The notes beneath the pieces are model-generated. The model made no database searches, was not told the DNA's origin, and saw only the letters and a program-made list of their open reading frames with translations. Of a stretch of DNA of 64,000 nucleotides, positions 45,401 through 54,400 are shown in pieces (position 1 is the stretch's first letter; each line of letters starts with the position of its first letter). The DNA comes from an uncultured virus (IMG/VR IMGVR_UViG_3300028832_000009) (lineage: Duplodnaviria; Heunggongvirae; Uroviricota; Caudoviricetes), in the IMG/VR virus record IMGVR_UViG_3300028832_000009, one strand, 5' to 3'. The translations under genes were made by a program, and so were the position numbers.

Positions 45401-48400
45401 GTTCCCGGTAATCATATACCGGATCTGCCTCGTCGTCTGCTTGGGGACCTTCTTGTCCCACCACTCATCCCTTGCCGTGCGGCGGGTTTCATCGGTGATG
45501 TTCTTGTCGTATGTCGGACCGCCTATCTCCCTCAAGTCAGAGCCGAGGCCGATGGTTCCATAGACATTGTTCACTATCCAAGTGATGATGTCATATTTTG
45601 AGACCACGGGAATCTCGATGACGGCGCGGGCGTCGGTCACGGCGAATACCGCCCTGACACTCTTCGGCTTGCCATCCTTCGCGGTCTTGAAAGCGATGAA
45701 ACGGCCATAGCGCTTCTGCCCGTTGAGGTCATCGGTAAGGGGAACGAGAACCGGCATACCGGGCTTGAGGTACTCTCCAGCCCTCTCGACACGGCCCACC
45801 TGCGTTGACAAGTCCATATCAAGACGGTTGTACTCGTCCATATTCGTACTAACGAGCTCCCTGTAGCTGGGATCGTTCCTGATGGCCCTGTCGTAATCTT
45901 CTTCGGTCTGGTCATCGGTCTTGGGCGTGGCAACTTTAAGGGCCTCCACCAATTGCTCCTGAGCCTCGAAGTTCTTCTTCTCCTTGTCGCGCAACACTTC
46001 ATCCCGGTATTTGGAAGATGCCTCATATATGTTGGTGCCATAGAGAGGGTCAATCTTCCCATCTTCCGTGAGCGCACCGAGTTTCCTCATCCTTGCGTAG
46101 ATTTCGGGGGAGCGGAGGGGCTTCTTGAGCACATCCACCTCAACCCTTTCCATATTGGTATCGTGGGCGAACACCGACATTGACTCGTTGTCCTTGCCCT
46201 TGATGAATATGGCCTGGTCCACGGTGGTCGCGTTGAGGTTCATCGTGGTGGTGGCGAGGTCGTTGATGCCGTTCTGGTTGAGGTAGTCTATCTGCTCGAC
46301 ATACGCGCTCTCCAGCTCCGTGAGGATCAGCTCCTGCCTCTTGCAAGACATTCGCTGCGCCCCCTTGAGCAACTCATAGAGCAAGCCGTCGCGATGCTCA
46401 TACTCACCACTCTTCTTCTCGATGGGGTCATCGAGATTCTGGTTGACTTCGGGGTGGTCGATAAGGAACTGACGGGCTACCTCATCGCCGTACTTGTTGT
46501 CCATATCGTTCGCATCCACCTTGTTGGACGACACCTTCTCCGTACCGACGGCATTGGCATCCAGGGATGCGAGTTTCTGCTTGAGCATCATTATTATCTT
46601 CTTCTCCGCAGGGATAGGGCTCATAATGTAGAAGTATTCGCATCGTGCCACCTGTCCGGTACGGTCTCCGCGGCCTCGTATCTGAACTTCTACATTGACG
46701 TCCTTTGCCGGCTGGAGGATAATCATCGTCCTCTTGCGCTGGTCGCCGAAACGCCGGCTGGCGTGAAGGGATATACCCGTAGCACCCGCCGTGTTGAGGA
46801 TGACGGCGTTATTAACCTCGCTCTCGTCGAGAGGGGCTGCTGCGCTGCCGCCGTTGAAATGGGTGATTTCCGAAGTCTTGTCTATCTTCATCGGCACCCG
46901 CTCCCAATTGCCGTCCGCTTTCTGCCTGAGCGACCAGCTGCGCCCGGTTATCTCGCCGCACCTGTAGCCGGCCTTCTCTATCTCCGACTTGATGTAGTCG
47001 ATAGGGGAGAGCATCAGGGGCAGGACCTCCTTGTCCTGGCTGTAGTTCTGGATGCTCTGGCGTATGATATTGGAATATCCGTTGCCCATTATCTTCTCGA
47101 ATGAACCGAGTTCGGAAACGGAACTGTCCTCCTTGACGGTCTCTTCCGTATGCGTCTCCGGGTTAATCCACTTGACGGTGCTCTTGAGCCGGTACTTCAG
47201 GCTCTTCTCCAGACCGCGGTTGAGGATGAAGGCAAAGTCTGCGGAAGGCACTTCTCCCTCGATGTCCTTGATATAGCTTTCAAGAGTGTTGTCCACCGCA
47301 ATGATGGGCTTCTTGCCCTCCTTGATCTGGTTGATGGCCATCTCCGCAGCCTTGCGGGCCTTTATCGCATAGAACATAAGGCTCGCCACGTTCGATACCT
47401 GGCTGGCATAGGGGGTGTAGGTGTACTCGCGGATGGTTACTTTCGTTCCCTCGTTTGAGGTTTCAAGCCTCTTCCGCGCTGCCTTGTTGGCCTCCTCGAA
47501 CTGCTCCTTGTTCATCTTCTTGATGACAGGGTCCATCATCTGCCTCTGCATCGAGATGATTGAGTTGACGATGTCCGTCGTCTTGTCGTAGGTATCCCTG
47601 GACTGCTTGATTTCCTCTTCGGTGAATACATCCTTGGGTTCATCCCAGTGTATCTTCACGTCCGAGAAGTCCCTCTCGCGACGCACCATCTCTCCGGTCC
47701 TGAACAGACCTTCGGCGAGGATTTCCTGCATGGGAACGCCGTACTTCTGGATGCTCTCGATCATATCCTCCTGCGTCATCTGCGCATCTCGCAGGGATGA
47801 GCGGAGGGCATAGAGCACCATATTGTCCGGGCGCTTGGCGAAGGTCGCGGACATAAATGTCACGCCCTGCGCGTTCTGCACTATGTCGCGGAAATAACCT
47901 CCGCGCCGGGATTCGCCGCTGGCGTTGTGGGATTCGTCGCAGATGACTATGGCATCCTTCGCGTACTGCTTCACCCAGTCGAGTTTCTTCTTCGCGCTGG
48001 GAGAGGTGGACTGGGCCTGGCTGTAGGTCATCATCACGACATTGTACTGCTTGCCCTTGAATGCCCCGCTCCACTTGACCTTCGGCAAGGCATCGGATTC
48101 GGAGCCATAGAGAGCGCTCGCTACGGATTTGCCCGGGGCTTTCAGTATGACGTTCCCCTCTTCCTCGCTCTTGCCCTTGTCAACGATGGGGACGTTGTTC
48201 ACTACGAAAGGAACGTGGTCGGTGCTGCCGATATCCACGAGATCCTGATACATATCGCTGAACAGGTCGGGTTTCTCCGTGACGAAGAGAATCTTCTTCT
48301 TCTCCCTCAAAGCCCAGCGGATGATAGCCGCACCCTGGCGGCCCTTACCCACGCCGGTCATATCTCCGACGATGAACATACGCCCGCCCAGCATCTGATG

Positions 48401-51400
48401 GAGCGCGAGAGCGACGGAATCCACCTGCTCGGAGGAGAGACCAATGTCCTTTCCGTCACCGGTGAACATCTCGTCGAGGGACTTGTATCCCTCCAGCCCC
48501 CTTACGAAGTCAGCCGCACCCTCCTTCTCTTCCGTCTCCATACGGAGGATTGCGTTGCGCATGGCGTCCGCCGACCCCGAAGGGACCACACTGCCAATTG
48601 CGTGTTCGCCCGAAGGGTCGGATACGGATTCGTATGGTACTTTCTCCTGGGTGAGCCTCTCGGATTTGTCGGCGCTCTTGGAGAACAGGTCGCGCAACTT
48701 CTCAAGGACGGCCCTGAGCTGGCCGCTCATCCTGGCTTTGGAGAGATCGTGCTTGTCGGTGATTGCGGATATGCCGGCTTTCAGCTCGTCCTTGCGGGCC
48801 TTCAGCTTTTCAGCATCCGTCTCGTTCTGGATGGCTTTCTTTTCCTGCTCGTAGGCTTTCTGCTCGGCCTCGGTAGCAGCGGCTTCGGGGTCTATTGCAT
48901 CTGTGCGTCCACCGGTGTCTCGTCCCACACCGACGGGTCCTTCGGATACCACTCCGGTGCCAGTATTTCCAGACCTTCCTCCTTTACCTGTCGGAGTCTT
49001 TCGTCCAGATCCTTCTCCGACATCGGTTCTTCCTCCGTGTCCTTCACGATTTCCTGAAGTTCCACTCGGTTCTCCGTCGTCCCAAAGAGTGCCCTGTTCG
49101 CCTCCAGCTCCTTCTTCGGCGTCACTTCCTTGATTCCCGCCCGGCGCTGCATTTCCTGAATTATCTCCGGCGTTATCCCCGTCGGTGCCAGGAGTTCCGG
49201 TCTCTCCTCCAGCTCCTTCTGAGGTATCACCAGGTACAGCTCCAGGTCGCTGCCCTCCCTGCTGTAAATCAGTAGTGTCTTCTTTTCCATTATCGTTGTC
49301 GTTTATGTTGATATCTGCTACTTCGATTCCGCTGACGGTCTCGGCGCTGTCCATCTCTTCCTTGAACTCTTCCATTCCGGGAAGGTCACGCGCTCCGTTG
49401 TAGATGGCCTTGAGGTAGGGGCGGATCGCGTCGCCGAGGTCGTTTATCATCCTCTTGGCGAAGTCAATGAACTTCCTTGCGCCAGCCTCTATGTGATAGG
49501 CGGCCATCTGCACGCCGATGGAGAATACCTCCGGGTCGAATCCCGCGTTGAGCTGTCCGAGTTTCTCGCGCATCCTGCGCTTCAGTTCCTCGTACTGGTC
49601 TTTCGTTACGACGGTGTTGGATTCTCCGTAACCGCCCTCCGTGGCGGGAGCCGCAGGCTCTGCAGGTTCCGTGGTCTCGGGGACCTCTTCGGTCGCCGCA
49701 GGCTCGGATTCCTCCGCACCGGCGGCTACTGCGCCTTCTTCTGCGCTTTCAGCTCCTTCAGCTGCCTGTCCGCTATCTCCTGCGTTTTCTGCAGGTGATT
49801 CGACTCCGCTTGCAGGACTTCCTTCGCCCACTTGTCCCCCTCGCTGGACATCTTCTCCAGCGACTGAGTCAGAGCCTCGTTCAGTGTTACCTTCTTGTCC
49901 ATTTTGTATAGTGTTTGCTTCCTGTTCGGAAATTACATTGGTCTGCGTGTATGCGCCGATGCGGTCAACGGCCTCGGGGTTCTCCCCGAACAGCCCGCCC
50001 TCTCCGTTCATTGCGGCGGCTATGTTGCGGAAGAGGTCGGTCAGGGCCTTGGCTTTCTTCGCGCCCTTGAAGATGGCTGCGAAACGCCTTGCCACGATGT
50101 TCGGATGCAGGTCGCCCTCGGTCTTGTCGCTGCCGAGTGGGACATTGTTCATCCAGTCCTCGATCGCTTTCCACGCCTCTTCGGTGGTCTTGGCTTTCTG
50201 GAATGCCGGGTCCGCGGTCTCGAAGTCGTGGTAGTAGGACAGTGCTGCCTGGATGTCAGGTATCACTCCCTCAAGGTTCGACAGCAGCGCGACATTCCTT
50301 TGCAGCGCCAATTTAACAATATTCGGCAACTTTTCATAGCCTGCCCTCACTTTTTCTGTCCCACTTTGGAACAAAGGTTCAAGGCTCAGCTCGCGGAAAG
50401 CGGCCACTGACGCATCTGTAAAGCGGACTTCTCCGCTCCTTGTGGTCTCCAGAGCATTTTGCAGCTCGGTATCGTTTATGTATCCGTTGCGGTTCAGCCA
50501 GTTGAGTGCGAGCTGGCCGTTCGCGTTGATGTAGTCCGAGAGCGTGGCATCCTCGCCGAGATCGCCCCCGTAGAGGATATTCAGGAACTCTTCCAGCCTG
50601 TCGCCTATCTTCTTCGCGAGGCCCTTGCCGGAGAAGGTCTGGTCGCCGCCCGACTCAAGGTCTTTCTGCTCCCTCTTCCCGAGTTCCTCCGCGCGTGCGT
50701 CGTCCACCGAGAGGACGCGGACAAGGATAGGGCTGTCCATTCCCTCGACCTGCTCCTTGGTGAGACCGAAGTCCTCCGCGTGCTCCGCGAGCCACTGCTT
50801 GTATCCGGCTGCGGTGTCCTGGGCGTATGCCCTGCGCAGCGCCTCGCTGCGTCCGTTGCCCTGGATGACCTCTCCACGGCTGTTCACGATAGGCGCACCG
50901 CCGTATGCGGTGGCACCCACGGTTATCTCTTCCGGACGGATGCCGTTCGCCATCTGCTGTATGGCCACGGCGCTGTCCGTGCGGTTGCGGTTCTTCGGCT
51001 GCCAGTTCTTCGCGAAGAAATGCAGGGGATTCTCCTGATCCGCCACGTGGGAAGGGATGATGCGCTTGGCATCCACCAACCCGTACTTGGCATCCACCAC
51101 CTCGGTCTTGGTGAAAGATATCTTCGTGTCCGCACCGGTGGCCGCCACGGCATCCTCCGCTGCGCGGTCCACGCGGTTTCCGTTCTGTATGAAGTATCCG
51201 CGCTCCTGCGCTGCCTCCGGAGTGTCGTCGGAGATGTCGGGCACGTTCCCCTCCACAGGTGCCTCGGGAGCCTGGGGCTCTGCCGCTGCTGTCGCTGCCG
51301 GTCGTGCCTGCCCCCTCTCCGGGCGCATCGCAAGGATGAGCGCACCGTAATTCTCCTTCTTCTGCTTTTCCTCCGCGAGTTCCTTGTAGAGCTTGGGGGC

Positions 51401-54400
51401 TTTCGCAAGGTCGGAGTTCTTGTCTATCCTCTCCTGTATCTTCTTCACCGCCTCCCCTGTTGCGGTGTATGCTTTCTGCACTTCCTTCAGCGCGTATTCT
51501 CCCAGCACGGAGTTCATATAATCCACGAGTTCGGGAATCCTCTGCGCGAAGGTCTCCTTGTCCACGTTGAACATATTAGCCATGTCCACCTCTCCGTCCT
51601 TCGTCCTGGGGAGGACGCCCTGCTGCGCCTCTTCCGCCGGAGCCTGCGGCTGGGCCTCCTGCCCCTCCTGCTGTCCGCCCTGCGCACCCTGAAGGGCTGC
51701 AAGGAAAGCCTGCTCCGTCATCGAGCTGGCCCTGCCGTTGCCGTCCGCATCCTCGTACTCGAAGTACACGCGCCCGTCACCCACCTCCGTCACATACGCC
51801 TGTACCGGCGATTTATTGACAAGTAGTGACAATTCCGTACCGACATAATCCCCGAGGTCAGTCGTGGGCTGCTGCTCCGCAGGTGCGGGTGCTTCCGCAG
51901 GCTGAGGCTGTTCCTCCTGTGCGGGCTGCTCCGCTCTCTGGGGGGAGTAGATCTGGACGTTTCCGTCCTGGTCTTTCTGCGCCATGTCGTAGAGAGTCTC
52001 CGCGGACACGACATTCATACTGCCGCCCTTGCCCTCGTCCCTGACGGTCACTCCGCCACGTCCGTCGGTGTTCACTATGGTCACGGGAGAGACACTGCCG
52101 GTCTCGTCCTGGATGAGTATGGTCTGGCCTGCGAGTCCGTTGATGACTGCCGCCTTCCCCGAGGGGCTGATGGTACCCACCGCCTGCTCGAAGGCTACCT
52201 GCCGCTGGTCCGCGAACGATGCGGCGGACTGCGCGATGAAGTTCTCCGGGTTCACCGAATCGCCGTTCCGCAGGGTGCCGGACTTCACTATGAGTTCGTC
52301 TGCGGAGGGAGACGCCGGAGCGATGCGCACGAGGCCGTCCGCACCGCCTGCCGACACGGAGCCGTCAGCATCCACCGACGCATCGTCCGTGAGCACTATA
52401 ACCGGAGTGCCCTCGTACTCGGCGACGATGACCGCGCCGTTCTTGAGGGAAGCATCCCACACCGTCCGGGAGAATCCGTCTATCATGTCCTCCGTCTCCT
52501 TGCGGTATCCGTCACGCAAGCCCTGGGCCGCAGCCTTGACCTGCGCGTATTCCGTAAGGACTTCCGCTGCCTCGGCGTTGCCCTGTCGTTCGATCACGGC
52601 AGCTTCCTGCGCGAGACGGAACGGATCTTTCTCAAGGTCATCCTCGTCCAGCCCCGCCTCAAGTGCGGCCTGCCTGGCGGCATCCTCCGCGGAGACGATG
52701 TCCCACGCGCTGCCGAGGTCGGGGAAGGAGTAGGTGCCGGAATAGGCATCCACCACCCTTCTCTTCTCCGAGGACTGGTCCCAGAGGTCGGATTCCATGT
52801 TCATCGAGAGGTTGCCCTCGACATAACCCAGCAGCGACTGCGCGAAGTTGTCCGGCAGCTTTCCTCCGGCTGCCTTCCTCGCCTTGTCCGCTATCTCCAC
52901 GACGCGGTCCTTGATATGTTCGGGAGTGCTGTTGCGGATGTCGCCCACGAGGGAATCGAGGTCCTCCTGGGACACGGCTCCGCTCTCCACCATCGGCTTG
53001 AGGGTCTCCACCGCCTTGTCGTAGCGGTTGACCATTGCGTTATACGCCTTTATGTTCGTCCTTGCGCTGAGCGCCGACATGGGCAGGAACGAGAGGAAGA
53101 GCGTCGCGAGGTTGTCCCCTGCGAAGAACTCCTTCATCGCCTCCTTGTCGCCGAGGCGGTCTCCGGAGAGCCAGCCTGCGGTGGAGTTGAACACCGACCC
53201 CACGACCTCTTCCAGCATTTCGTTGAACATACCGTTGAACTTGCCTTGGTCGAGGAACCTGCCTATGCTGCCCCGGTAGTCCGAGAGTGTCTTGCCTATG
53301 GCACTTGCGGGTGCGTTCTTCGTCACGGACTTGAACAGGGCTTTCTCCCCGGCTCCGAAATACTCGCCGAATCCCTCGGACCAGTATTCTATGTACTGCG
53401 TGAGCGCGGTGTTGAGGGCCGCGTTGGCACGGCTCCTGTCGAACTTCAGCCGCCCGTGTTCGTCCTTGTATTCCCCTGTCGTCAGGATGAGGTTGTCTGC
53501 GTATGCCTCCGCGGTGCGGGGGAAGAGCAGCGCGGTGCGCTCCGCAGCCACGCCCGCATCCGCGAGCATCTTCGCAGCGAGGTTGGGCTTGATGCCCCTT
53601 GCCGTGAGTTTCGCCATGGCACCGGGCAAGTCTGCCGCTATGTTCGAGGCGCCCCTTGCCGCAGCGCCTTTGCTCAGCCACTGCCTCGTGGCCTTGGTGG
53701 CGATATTCCTGGCTGCGCGGGCACCCATCTTCTCCAATCCTCCCGTGAGTATGAATCCCAGCATGAACTCGGCGCTCTGCTCCGCTGCCTGTCCGGCCTT
53801 TGCGTAGGTGGATGCGGACGCGGCTTTCACGCCGTTTATGTAGGAGTATCTGTCAAATGCCTTGAGGACTTCCTTCTCTCCGTCGGTGAGTCCGTTCTGC
53901 AGGGCCTCCGCTATCGCGGCGGACACTTCCTCCTGCCTGTCCTCCGGGACGGCTCCGTCCTTCACTCCGAAGGAATCCAGCACGTCGGTGATGATCGCGC
54001 CGGCCTTGTCGCCCACTTCGCGGACATTGCTCTTGGCGAGAGCGTTGACCAGGCCGAAGGTGAGGGAGTTCTCGTCCACCATCCTTCCGGCTGCGCCTGC
54101 GAACTGCCTGACCGCCACGGCTATGTCCTCGGGCACGCCCTTCAGCTCCGCCTTATCACCCAGCTTGGATTCCCTCTCGGTGATGTTGGAGAGGCGGCGT
54201 ACGGTCTCCCAGTTCTTCAGTTCCCTGTCGTTATAGACGGTGCGTCCGCCTGCGGTGGCGGGAGCGCTGAGGCGTTCGCGTGCGGCGTTGCCCGCATCCT
54301 TCGCCCCTGCGAGTGCGCCCTGGAACTCCGAGGTCTGCGTGAGGGCGTTCGCTATGAGCGCCTTTTTATCCTTATAGGCTTTATATCGCCCTTCATTTTC

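Noticed and set aside
51790..51846. Third nested +1 ORF at the AT-rich patch near 51.8 kb
   Set aside because: Only 18 codons from the ATG (MSVRNCHYLSINRRYRRM), and not protein-like
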